From positions 736,001 through 800,000 of the forward strand of contig CAVVMW010000006.1 in assembly GCA_963749495.1 (NCBI GenBank): DNA of 64,000 nucleotides, in the 5' to 3' direction. The notes beneath the pieces were generated by a model. That model saw only the letters and a list, made by a program, of their open reading frames with translations, was not told the origin of the DNA and searched no databases. Both the position numbers and the translations under genes were made by a program. This DNA is from an uncultured bacterium (GTDB lineage: Bacteria; Verrucomicrobiota; Verrucomicrobiia; Limisphaerales; UBA8199). Of the stretch, positions 9,104 to 18,964 are shown in pieces. Position 1 is the first letter of the stretch; every line of letters begins with the position of its first letter.

Positions 9104-10774
9104 ATGACCGTCCTGCCCCTTGTTGAGCGGGAGCTGCGCGTGGCCGCCCGCCGGCGCGGCACCTATTGGACGCGCTCGGCCATGGCCCTGGGCGCAATCC
9201 TCATCGGCGTCCTGGTCTTCGTATTCTGCCTGGGCATGCCGGCGCAGAGGACCGCGCAATACATCTTTCAGGGCCTCGCCTGGCTGCTGATGCTTTATTG
9301 CCTGGTTCTCGGGCGCGCCACCACTGATTGCGTGAGCCGGGAGAAACGCGAAGGCACGCTCGGCCTGCTTTTCCTTACGCACCTGAAAGGCCACGACGTG
9401 GTCCTGGGCAAACTGGCCGCCACGTCCCTGGGCGGCTTCTACGCGCTGCTGGCGGCGGTGCCGGTGCTGGCCGTCCCCCTGCTCATGGGTGGAGTCGCCT
9501 ACGGGGAGTTCTGGCGCATGGTCCTCACGCTCATCAATACATTCCTTTTCTGCCTGGTCCTGGGCGTTTTCTCCTCCGCCTTGTGCCGGGAGCATCGCCG
9601 GGCGGCGGCCCTCAATTTGAACTTGCTCCTGTTCCTGGCGGCGGTTCCGCCTGCCGCCGCGTGCGTCCTGTTCTATTTCCACCCCGCCCGCGGCCTGCCC
9701 CCGCAACTCTTCTTCTCATGCCCTCTCTACACGTTCTATCTGAGCGCCGCGGCGCGCTACGGGGTCGAGCAGGAGCATTTCTGGTGGTCCCTGGGGGTCA
9801 TTCACGGTCTTACGTGGCTGTTTCTCATGCTGGCGAGTTGGGCCGCCCGGCACACTCTGCGGGAGCGCCCGGAGCGCCCCGGCAGGAACGCTTGGCGCGG
9901 GTTCTGGCGCCGATTGAGCTATGGGGGTGCGCGCAAACAGGCTGCGTTCCGCCACCGGCTGCTCGACATCAATCCGCTTTACTGGCTGGCCGCGCGCGCC
10001 CGTCTCAAGCCGCTCCATGTCTGGGTCTTCCTGGCCCTGGCGACCGGATGGTGGCTCTGGGGCTGGGCGGGCTATGGTATCTATTGGTTCGACCAGAGCG
10101 TCTGCTTGTGCACCGCGATTCTGTTGAACTCCACACTCAAGGTGTGGGTGGTCATCAAGGCCGGCCAGCGGCTGTCGGAAGAGCGCGAGGCGGGAACGCT
10201 CGAACTGCTGCTGACGACGCCGCTCAGTGCGGGGGAGATGCTTCGCGGGCAATGGCTGGCCTTGCGCAGGCAATTCCTTGGGCCGGTGCTGGGGGTCATC
10301 GCTGCAGAATCATTGCTGATGCACTCATTGTATCCGCGCTACCTGGGCCAGGTCGCTGTCGCCTTCTGGCTGGCGGGCACTATTATGCTGGTGGCTGACA
10401 TCGCTGCCTTGTGTTGGGTCACGATGTTGGCGGCCCTCAAGGCCAGGAGCCAGCACCGCGCCACCGCCACCGCCATCACGCGCATTCTCGTGCTGCCGTG
10501 GGTCCTTTGGTGCGTTGTGGTTGGGCTGGCAAACCTTTGGATTTGGCTTTTTGCGCCGGCCGGTCCCGGCTTGATGCCAAGCTGGCGATACTGCCTGGGC
10601 TGGTGGTTTGCTTTGGGTTTGGGCATTGACCTGCTTCTTCGGGTTGAGCGCCTGGCGGGCGCTACGCTGCCGGTTTCGACAACTCGCCACCCATCAGTTC
10701 ATACAGCCACGCGTCGTCCCGTGGCTCGAAGCCCCTCCCGCCGCCGGCGCGAAGGTGGCGGCGAACCCGCCTGA
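9104..10774 (+). CDS. ABC-2 type permease with two permease repeats; likely frameshifted near 10636 into the downstream RCC1-like region
   Basis: DCVSREKREGTLGLLFLT and ERE.GTLELLLTTPLS; the hydrophobic frame continues in ORF 10608.. Confidence 0.75.
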   Translation: MTVLPLVERELRVAARRRGTYWTRSAMALGAILIGVLVFVFCLGMPAQRTAQYIFQGLAWLLMLYCLVLGRATTDCVSREKREGTLGLLFLTHLKGHDVVLGKLAATSLGGFYALLAAVPVLAVPLLMGGVAYGEFWRMVLTLINTFLFCLVLGVFSSALCREHRRAAALNLNLLLFLAAVPPAAACVLFYFHPARGLPPQLFFSCPLYTFYLSAAARYGVEQEHFWWSLGVIHGLTWLFLMLASWAARHTLRERPERPGRNAWRGFWRRLSYGGARKQAAFRHRLLDINPLYWLAARARLKPLHVWVFLALATGWWLWGWAGYGIYWFDQSVCLCTAILLNSTLKVWVVIKAGQRLSEEREAGTLELLLTTPLSAGEMLRGQWLALRRQFLGPVLGVIAAESLLMHSLYPRYLGQVAVAFWLAGTIMLVADIAALCWVTMLAALKARSQHRATATAITRILVLPWVLWCVVVGLANLWIWLFAPAGPGLMPSWRYCLGWWFALGLGIDLLLRVERLAGATLPVSTTRHPSVHTATRRPVARSPSRRRREGGGEPA

Positions 10775-12145
10775 GAAGCCAACGGGCACTCTTCAGGGCC
10801 AACCGCCGCCCAAGCGCCGGCTGAAAAGACGCGCGGCCCTCGCCGGCCTGGCAGTGGTCCTGCTTTTGGCCGGCCTCATCTCGATGGTCTGGATCTCGCG
10901 CCGCGGCCCCCCGCCGCCGGTGCTCGTCTATCTGGCCCAGAGCAACGCGCCGCCGCGATTCTTCGCTGACTGGGCTGGCACCCTGCTCATTCTCCCGGAC
11001 GGCTCGCTCTGGCGCTGGGGCCAGTCGGGAGGAAACTACGTCGGAAAGGCCCCGGTGCCGGAACGGGTCGGCACGAATTCTGATTGGGTACAAGTGGCGT
11101 GGGGCCAAGACTGCTGCGTCGGGCTTCGCACCAATGGAACGATTTGGGAATGGTTGCCGGCGGCGATCTCAGCGGCATCCCGGAGCAGGTGCGCACCGCA
11201 GAGGCCCTCCGCTGGCCTGATTCCGCCTTGGCCTCCAACGGTGTCCGAGACACAACCGCCTTCTTGGACCTGGAGCATGGCTGGACCAGCGTCGCCGTCG
11301 CCGTCGGGCCGAGGAACGCATTCGGCGGCGGGCCGGCTACTCCATTCGCCGTCCGCCGGGACGGGACCCTGTGGAGCTGGCCCTTGGACTCAGGGCCCCG
11401 CCATGCCAAGCTGGTCCGGGTGGGTGGCGACCACGACTGGGCCGCCGTCGGCGGCGCGAGCCTCCGCCTGCGAACCAACGGGACCCTCTGGGTCCAAGGA
11501 CACTTCTATCGGCGCCTCTCTCCCTTCTCAGGCCAAGAGGAAGACGCGCTCTCGCCGGTGCAAGTCTGCCGGGAGACCAATTGGCTCGCCTTCGGCTCGG
11601 GTGAACTGGCTCATGCCTGGACCGCCTCCGGGGAGTTGTGGAATCTCTCGATGTTGTCGCCGGACGCCCAGGCCCCAGCGGCCATGACCTGCCAACTGCT
11701 CACCTCGAACTCCGCTCCCGGCCGCCACGCCCTGGTCTTTTTCAACGAAGGGCCGCTTTACGAGGTGTGCCCCAACGGCACCCTCTGGCACGGAGGTCCT
11801 TCAGCAATGGCCCTTGCACCCTCCGGCTCCTTCGCTGCCTGGCGCCGCGTCGGGAAACGTTCCGACTGGGTCTCCATCTGGGGCTGTGGCCGCACGGCTT
11901 TCGGTTTAACGGCCGACGGCACCATCTGGACCTGGGGAGCCGACCTGGGCAGAGACCCGGCGGACGATCTCTCAACCAGGTTCAAGTTGCTGGAGTTTCG
12001 TATCCAATCACTGTTCAGGACCCGCCGCTGGGCCGTCGGGCCCGTCATGGTGCCCTACATCCAGAAGGAACCGCGCCCCTTGCTGCGCCTGCTTTCAACG
12101 AACCGGCAGAACGGCGAAGGCAGAAAAATGGGGGCAGAAAAATGA
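10608..12145 (+). CDS. RCC1-like beta-propeller region split across two frames (shift near 11150)
   Basis: Repeated DGSLWRWG / NGTIWEW / DGTLWSW / DGTIWTWG and RVG..SDW motifs in ORFs 10608..11687 and 11084..12145. Confidence 0.65.
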
Positions 12146-12480
12146 TGAGAAATGAGCCGATCAAGCGATTTGCGCTTTTGGTCTTGTTCCAAGCGCATAG
12201 GGACAATGCCACGGAGCTGATCGTTGCTCCCTCAACTGAACGAGGGGCGGCCATCAAATACAAAGTCGGGGGCACCTGGCATGATTTTTCACCTCCGCCT
12301 CCGGAGATACTCCCTGGTGTCGTTGCCGAGTTGGGCAGGTTGGCAGAGTTGCCCGAGGGAGGGGCATTCCCGAGGGAGGGCGCCATTGACGTGCCGTTCT
12401 CGGGAGTTCGCCTAAGATGGAGAATCGGGATGGGCAGCACGGACGAGCCCTGTATTCTGACCCCAACGGAAAGCCCTTGA
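12142..12480 (+). CDS. Small protein resembling the GspE/PilB N2 domain, without an ATPase domain
   Basis: ATELIVAP...IKYKVGG.W...P...LA.L...PREG.I pattern. Confidence 0.55.
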   Translation: MMRNEPIKRFALLVLFQAHRDNATELIVAPSTERGAAIKYKVGGTWHDFSPPPPEILPGVVAELGRLAELPEGGAFPREGAIDVPFSGVRLRWRIGMGSTDEPCILTPTESP

Positions 12481-12940
12481 CGGCCCATTCGTTCCGCACC
12501 ATAACCCGGCGTGAGCGTCGCCCATGACGAATCCCCCACTGCCCGCCTTGCATGGGAAAACGGATGGCGAACGGCTGCGGCCCTGGCAGGAGCAGCAGTC
12601 GGGTTGGTGCTCATCCTGGCTGCCCAAAAACCAGCACATCCGACGCTCGCGGCCACCACCACCGAACCGCCCTCAGCTCCAGCCGCAGCAGCTACTCGAG
12701 GAGTCGTTCCGACACGGCAGCCAGGCCAATACGGGCTGCGCGTGCTTGCCGGAGACTCGGTCGGACTCGATCGTCAGATAACTCTGACTGCGCCGACGGA
12801 GGGCGCTGTCGGGCTGTATGACCTGGGAACTATTGCGGTCCCGGCGGCTGGTTCGGGGATGGTCCGGTGACCGGAGCACCGGTCTTCGGGCGAGCGGTTC
12901 ACAGGGCCTCGCTTCACCACGGGGACTCGGCTGCCTTGCC

Positions 12941-15184
12941 TCAGTCGCCATGGAACGGGCGCCCGGCCTTGTAGAGCGCCAGGCGTGCCGCCATCGCCGC
13001 CCGCGAGTCCTTGGCGAACCCGTAGAAGGACAATGGAGTGCCCGACGGTTTCTTTCCAGCGTCCAGGTCTGCAATCACCTTCTCCTGTGTCTCGACTGCT
13101 TTCGAGAAGTCGCCATGCTCCGCGTAAGCCGCCGCCAGCACTTCCAGGTTCTGATCGCCTTTGGCCGCGAACTCGATCGCCTTGGCGCCGTCTCGATACT
13201 TGGCGTCGGATGCGGTGGCCAGTTGCCAGGCCCAGCACAGCCATAGCTCGCCAATGGGCGCGATCTCCTGGTAGCGGGCGTAATCCTCCTGGGCCTTCCC
13301 ATATTCCTTTAGCGCCTGGTAGGCCTGGCCCCGCCGAAGGACGATCCGGCAGCTGTCGGCTCCGGGCTTGGCGCGCTCCGGGTCGAGCCGCAGGGCCTCG
13401 TTGTAATCGGCCACCGCCCTGGCGTAATCCTTCTTGTTCTCCTGATAGACGCGTCCACGGTAATGATGGTCCAGCGCCAGTTGCTTTTCTTTGCTTACGC
13501 GGGAGAAGTCGGTATCGCCCTCGATAATCCGAGTGTAGTCGGCCAGGGCCTTGTCTGGCTGGCGCAACTGCTCGTAGCAGCGGGCGCGATTGTGCAGGGC
13601 CGAGCAGTCGCGGGGATCGAGGTCGAGCAGCCGGCTGTAGTCCGCGACCGCCTTGGCATAGTCTCGCCCAACCATGGGCAAACCGCCATCATAGAGACAG
13701 CCGCGGCTGAAGAGGGCCTCAGTGTGATTGGGGTCCAACTCCAGGGCCTGGTTGAGATCGGCAAGCTCTGCCTGGTATTCATGGGCCGAATAGTGAGTCA
13801 TGGCCTCCTCATAGAAATCGCGGGCGGTCTCCCGCCGCGTGTCTCCGTTGGAGATGCGCAGGCTGACCCTCCTGACTCCCGCTGCCTGGGTTGCATCCCA
13901 CACCGTCACAACCTTCTTTAAGGAAACATTCTTGTCCACCCCGACAACCAGGCTGAGCTCGGGGTTCTTTGCCACTTCGGACATCAAGCGGTTTTTCAGT
14001 TCTTCAACAGTCACCGGTGTTTGCCCCAGAGTTATTTTGCCTTGGGCGTCAATGTTGACGACCAGGACCAGGGACTGGCGGACGCGCGCATTGCCGGCCA
14101 TTGGAGCCGGCAGCGGGGCAGGGTTAAGCGCGGGCGACTGCTTGCCGGAGCCGGTAAAGGTGGCGCAACCAAGCCCCACCGCCACCAAGGCGGTCGCCAG
14201 GCACGCGCGCCAACTGGAGTTCCGATGGTGTTTAATCAGGAGGATCCTCCGCTTGAACTCGTGTTTGCTGCCGATCACCGGGACGGCACTGGGGAAAACC
14301 CGGTTGGCGGCCGAAAAACCCTCCAATAGCTTGATCAACAGCCGCCCATAGCCCGGCCACTCGGCCGGTTCCAATCGCTGCACCACCATCGCATCGCACA
14401 CCAGCTCCCGATCGGCGCGCAATCGGCGCAGCCCAAGCCATACTAACGGGTTGAACCAGTGCAGGAATTGCACCGCGACCAGCAGGAGATTGAGCAGCAC
14501 ATCCTGCCTCCGGACGTGCGCCATCTCGTGCAGGAAGACCAGCCGCAATTCCTGGTCGCTCAACTGGCCCAGCACGGCCTCGGGCAGAAGCAGGCGGACG
14601 CGCCAAAGGCCGAACACGGCCGGGCTGCTGAGTCGAGCCACGGCCATCAACGTCACCGGGCGGCCAACCCCCATCACCTCGCGCGCGCCATCCAACAACT
14701 CGAGCAACCGCGCGTCATCCGGACGGCGTCCTTGCCGGATCAGCCGGTGCCATTTGGCGTAACGCCAACCCGCCAGCAAAACCAGGAGGAGCAGGCCGCT
14801 AACCCAGCCGAGGCCAAGGACCTCGCCAATGGAGCGGCTCGGTCGGTGACTTGATGCAGCCGCGTCGAGCGGCGGTGCGGCCCTGGACGCCGCGGGAAGC
14901 GCTGCCCGCGTCGGCTCCGCAACCATGGGCGCGGCCCCGCCGGGCGCGGCGACTTGGGCGGCCGACACGAGGAGGTTCTCGAGACTCAACGAGCTCGGAG
15001 GCGCGGCGGGGAGAAGGAGGCGGCAGAGGATGAGCAGACTCAGGGCATACCGCAGCCGGGGTGTCAGCCACCGGGCCAGCAGTTTCTGCAAAAGCAACAC
15101 GAGCACAATCAGCAACGCCGCCTGGACGGAGGTCTTCCATGTCCACGCAAACAGATGCTGGCCCAGGGTGATGAGGTCTTTCAT
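12941..15184 (-). CDS. BlaR1-like M56 peptidase fused to an ExbD/TolR-like domain and TPR repeats
   Basis: FLHEMAHVRR.D, HWFNPLVW, DRELVCD; VNIDAQGKITL...VDKNV..KKVV.V.D....AGV; A.ADY..AL.LDP repeats. Confidence 0.88.
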   Translation of the reverse strand: MKDLITLGQHLFAWTWKTSVQAALLIVLVLLLQKLLARWLTPRLRYALSLLILCRLLLPAAPPSSLSLENLLVSAAQVAAPGGAAPMVAEPTRAALPAASRAAPPLDAAASSHRPSRSIGEVLGLGWVSGLLLLVLLAGWRYAKWHRLIRQGRRPDDARLLELLDGAREVMGVGRPVTLMAVARLSSPAVFGLWRVRLLLPEAVLGQLSDQELRLVFLHEMAHVRRQDVLLNLLLVAVQFLHWFNPLVWLGLRRLRADRELVCDAMVVQRLEPAEWPGYGRLLIKLLEGFSAANRVFPSAVPVIGSKHEFKRRILLIKHHRNSSWRACLATALVAVGLGCATFTGSGKQSPALNPAPLPAPMAGNARVRQSLVLVVNIDAQGKITLGQTPVTVEELKNRLMSEVAKNPELSLVVGVDKNVSLKKVVTVWDATQAAGVRRVSLRISNGDTRRETARDFYEEAMTHYSAHEYQAELADLNQALELDPNHTEALFSRGCLYDGGLPMVGRDYAKAVADYSRLLDLDPRDCSALHNRARCYEQLRQPDKALADYTRIIEGDTDFSRVSKEKQLALDHHYRGRVYQENKKDYARAVADYNEALRLDPERAKPGADSCRIVLRRGQAYQALKEYGKAQEDYARYQEIAPIGELWLCWAWQLATASDAKYRDGAKAIEFAAKGDQNLEVLAAAYAEHGDFSKAVETQEKVIADLDAGKKPSGTPLSFYGFAKDSRAAMAARLALYKAGRPFHGD

Positions 15185-15570
15185 GGGGTTTTCTCGTCGA
15201 GAAGGTTCTTGAGTTCCTGGATCTCCTTGCGCGTAAGCCGTTCCCGCTGCAGAAAGCACGCGAGGAATGGCGCGATCTCTCCGTCGAACACCCTGGCCAG
15301 GAACGAACGGGTCGCTGCCAGCCGGCACTCTTGCTCCGTGGCCACCGGCTTGAACACATATTCCCGTCCAGGCTTCTCAGTCGCCAGGGCCCCTTTCTGC
15401 ACCAGCCGGCTGAGCAAGGTGTGGATCGTCTTGGGCTTCCAGGCCGCTTCACCAGCCAGCGCCTCGACAACTTGCCGTGCGGTGGCGGTTTTCAGCGGCC
15501 AAATCACCTTCATAACGGTCCATTCCGCGTCTGAAATCCGAGGCAACCTGTTCCGGTCAATTTTGTGCTT
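15181..15570 (-). pseudogene. blaI: BlaI/MecI/CopY repressor, separated from its first codons (18122-18136) by an IS
   Basis: ISDAEWTVMKVIW...WKPKTIHTLLSRLVQKG; removing the IS restores MGFGTKHKIDRNRLPRISDAEW. Confidence 0.85.
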
Positions 15571-18116
15571 CAGAGGTCTGAGCAAACCGCCACCCTCAAA
15601 AAGGCGCTTTCATAAGTCATTTGTTAGCAGCTAGTTGCAATGGGACTGATTTAAAAAAATCCCTGGTGGGTTTTTCGCCGGGCGGTTTCATGGTAAGAGT
15701 TGGCCCGAGAAAGAGATCTTGCTATGGACAACGTCGGCTTTGCGGGTTGGCAGCCAGAGAAGTCGATCAACGTGGTCAGCGCTGAGGGCATGACTCGGGT
15801 GTTCGTGAAGGGCCAGCCGTATATGAGTTGGCAGTCGGGAGATGAGGGGTGCCTTCGCCTGGCGATGGTGCAGTTATACCAATGCGGCTTGGGAACCGAG
15901 GAAGAGTTAGCGGCCGCGTTTGGTCGGCATGTCAATTCGGTGCAGAGGTACTTGCGGAATTTGCCAGCGAGGGAATGCGGGGATTGCTGTCCGAGCACAG
16001 TGGTCCCAAAGGCCGCTGGAAGATCACCGCGGCGGTGCGGGCCAAGATTTTGCTGATCGTTTTGCGGGAAGGAATCTGGGAACTGGAAGCGATTCAGCAG
16101 CGGCTGGCGCAGGGCTGGCGCGAGGTGATCAGTGTGCCGAGCATCCAGCAGGTCTTGGAGGAGAATGGGCTGGGGCAACCGAAGGTCGGGGGCGGGGATG
16201 GCGGAGGGGTCCAAAGTGAACTTTTTGATCTCGGGGATAAGCAGCAGTTGCTACTGAAGCTGGGCGAGGATGCCGACGCACCTGCCCCGGGCTGCCGACT
16301 ACTCCCGGCCCAGGAAACAGAAAACGGGGTCAGCCAGCGCCGGACCCAGGGAGGCGAGAACGGTGGCCAGCCGATGGGGATAGGGTCCCGTCGGAGCTAT
16401 TCCTCGGCGCAGCGGGTCTATTTGGATCAGTTGGAGCAAGGAGCTTACAACGCCTATGCCGGTGGGTTGCTGTTTACACCATTATTGGCGCGTTACCATT
16501 TTCTGCCGACTTTGCAAAAGGGGATCACGATTCCGACCGATGAAGGCTACAGCTTGGAAGAGTTAGGTCTGACACTTTTTTACTTGGATGTGTTTGGGTT
16601 CCGGTCGCTGGAAGATTTTAAGCGTGCTTATCGTGAGGAGTTTGGCGTGTTGATGGGACGCGCCCAGAGTCCGAGCCTGTTCACGCTGAGGCGGTTTCTG
16701 CACAAAGTCAGGGAGTTGGGGCGGGGAGAAGCTTTGATCGATGAATTTGCCGTGGCGTATTTGAAGTCTGACCTGGCGGCCTGGGGAGTGATGTACATTG
16801 ACGGACATTTCATGCCGTACTATGGGCTGCATCCGATCAGCAAGGGCTGGCATGGCGTGCGCCAGGTGCCGATGAAGGGCAGCTACAATTTTCTGGCGGT
16901 CAACGAGCACTTCACTCCCTGGCTATTCCTGATCCGGTCGTGCTCGGAAGACTTGCTGCAAAAGATCCCCGAGTTGATTGAGAAAGCCAAACGGATCGGT
17001 GAGCAAGCCGGAGTGAGCCGGGAGCGGCTGGACAAGCTGATCGTGTTGTTTGATCGGGAGGGTTACAGCGCGGAGCTCTACCGCTACCTGGAGGGCAAAG
17101 ATCAAGGGGAGGGCAAGCGGCGGGCGTTGTTTATCAGTTGGGCTAAGTATTCCGATAAATGGGTGAACGATCTGGCGGAGGAACAATTCAACCAGTTGGC
17201 GCGCGTGACCTATGAGATCCAGAAGGCCGAAGCGATCCCCTATTTGGAGACCACGCGCACGATGAGCAAATACGGAAAGATTCGCGCCGTAGTGATCCAG
17301 AGCGGCGCGAACAAAAAGCGGTCGGCGATTTACACCAACGGCAGCGCGGAAGAAATCGGGGCGGAACGGATCGTGCAATTGCTCTGTCGGCGCTGGGGAG
17401 AGGAGAACGCCATCAAGGAACTGTTGCACCAGCACCTGATCAACTACACGCCGGGTTACTTCGCCGAGGAACTGGAGAAGCAACCTCTGGTGGACAACCC
17501 GCAGGTAAAGGCACTCAAGCAGCAGCGGGCAGGTGCGGTCAGTGAATTAAATCGCCTAAAGATTGAATTAGCCAACCACCTGCTGCAGCGGCCGGCCAAC
17601 AAACGCCGGAGCCCACCCCGAAGCCAAAAGGAGGTTCTGGACAACATTGCGGTGGTGGAGAGCACGATTCTGTTAACGGATCACCAACTGGATAAGCTGC
17701 GGCCCGAGATCCCCTTTGATGAAGCCCATGCTGGGGAAAAGCTGCTCAAACTCAACCACGAGAAAAAGCGATTTCTGGATTGCATCAAGGTCTTTGCCTG
17801 CAACCTCAAAGCCGAGATGTGCCGCCGGTTGTTGAAGCATTATGATTGGGAAAAGGAGGTCTTGCCGGCGCTAGCGATGATTGTGGAAAGAACGGGCTAC
17901 GTGAAATTGGAGGGAGGGCAGTTAGACGTCACCTTGAGGCGATTCACGGACCGGGAAATCGATTACGCCGCCCGGCACCTTTGCGAAGACCTCAACAGCA
18001 TGCAGCCTGTGACCGTGGACAGGTTCCATCTTCCGATCCGTTACCACGTCCAATAGCTGACCCACCAAAGATTTTCTTAAAAATCGCGAAAAGGTGGCGG
18101 TTTGCTCAGACCTCTG
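15571..18116 (+). mobile_element. Insertion sequence, 2546 bp, perfect 24-bp TIRs, 5-bp TSD TGCTT
   Basis: CAGAGGTCTGAGCAAACCGCCACC at 15571-15594 and its reverse complement at 18093-18116; TGCTT at 15566-15570 and 18117-18121. Confidence 0.95.
15700..18056 (+). CDS. Large DDE transposase with N-terminal HTH (frameshift near 15958)
   Basis: YIDGHFMPY.G, VLFDREG, RRWGEENAIK; lies between the TIRs. Confidence 0.85.
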
Positions 18117-18147
18117 TGCTTGGTTCCGAAACCCATAAGCGACTTCT

Positions 18148-18185
18148 TACACTTGTAGGACGATAATATCCTACAATTGTAGGAT
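18148..18185. promoter_or_regulatory. Two BlaI/CopY-type operators (TACA-N2-TGTA)
   Basis: TACACTTGTA 18148-18157 and perfect palindrome ATCCTACAATTGTAGGAT 18168-18185, just upstream of the original blaI ATG (18136, minus strand). Confidence 0.85.
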
Positions 18186-18264
18186 TGCAAGCGAAAAATG
18201 AAGAAAAATGCGCAGGGGTCGTTCTCTCCATTTGGCCCCTGCCGATCCAGTGAGGTTGAATCCG

Positions 18265-18570
18265 CCCAAATCTCCTCGAATGGCTTGGGTTCATAGACAC
18301 CCAGGTTGTTTACCAGGATGTCGAGCTCAGGAAACGGCGGCTCGTCTCCGTGGTCCCCTCTGCCTTGGCGAGGTCCACCGGGAGCGATTCGAGCCTGGCC
18401 GCCGGGACCGCGGTGCGGATTCCTGCCGTGGCATCGGCGACGCGTTCTTCGCTGCGGCCATTGACAATGACCCGGGCGCCTTCGGCCGCGAGGGCCTTTG
18501 TGATGGCCAAGCCAATCCCAGCCGTGGAGCCGGTCACAAGAGCGAGTTTGTCTTCGAGGTGCAGTTCCAT
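18265..18570 (-). pseudogene. Truncated, frameshifted SDR oxidoreductase
   Basis: LALVTGSTAGIG...VIVNGRS, then LDILVNNLG in another frame; catalytic half absent. Confidence 0.8.
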
Positions 18571-18807
18571 GGTTGGAATTTAAATTGAGCGGATGCAGCC
18601 GTCCAGGACGCCCGCCGGATCCGCAAGGCCTCATTCGCGTTTTTCAATCACTTGCCGAGCCACGAGCCGCCGGGAGTCTGAGGCCTTACACAACTCGATA
18701 AATACCAAAAAGTGAGAAAGAAGTGAGAAAGCGAGATCCTTGCCAAACGCCATTTTATGAGTGCCTCCAGAGCGGTTTCAGCACGTGCCAGCCGGGGCGA
18801 TCTCGAG

Positions 18808-18883
18808 TGGTGGGCCCAGAGGGATTTGAACCCCCAACCAAGCGATTATGAGTCGCCTGCTCTAACCCCTGAGCTATGGGCCC
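18808..18883 (-). tRNA. tRNA-Ile2 (CAT anticodon, lysidine type), CCA encoded
   Basis: GGGCCCATAGCTCAGGGGTTAGAGCAGGCGACTCATAATCGCTTGGTTGGGGGTTCAAATCCCTCTGGGCCCACCA; anticodon arm resembles ileX-type tRNAs. Confidence 0.93.
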
Positions 18884-18959
18884 AACAAATTGAAAATCAA
18901 CGATTTGCAACAGCGGAGAAACTGGCCTATTGACAATCTGATACTGTGATCTGATACTG
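18884..18959 (+). promoter_or_regulatory. att-arm / integrase promoter region
   Basis: IHF consensus AATCAA-CGAT-TTG 18895-18907; TTGACA-17-GATACT 18930-18958; direct repeat ATCTGATACTG at 18936 and 18949. Confidence 0.55.
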
Positions 18960-18964
18960 GACAC

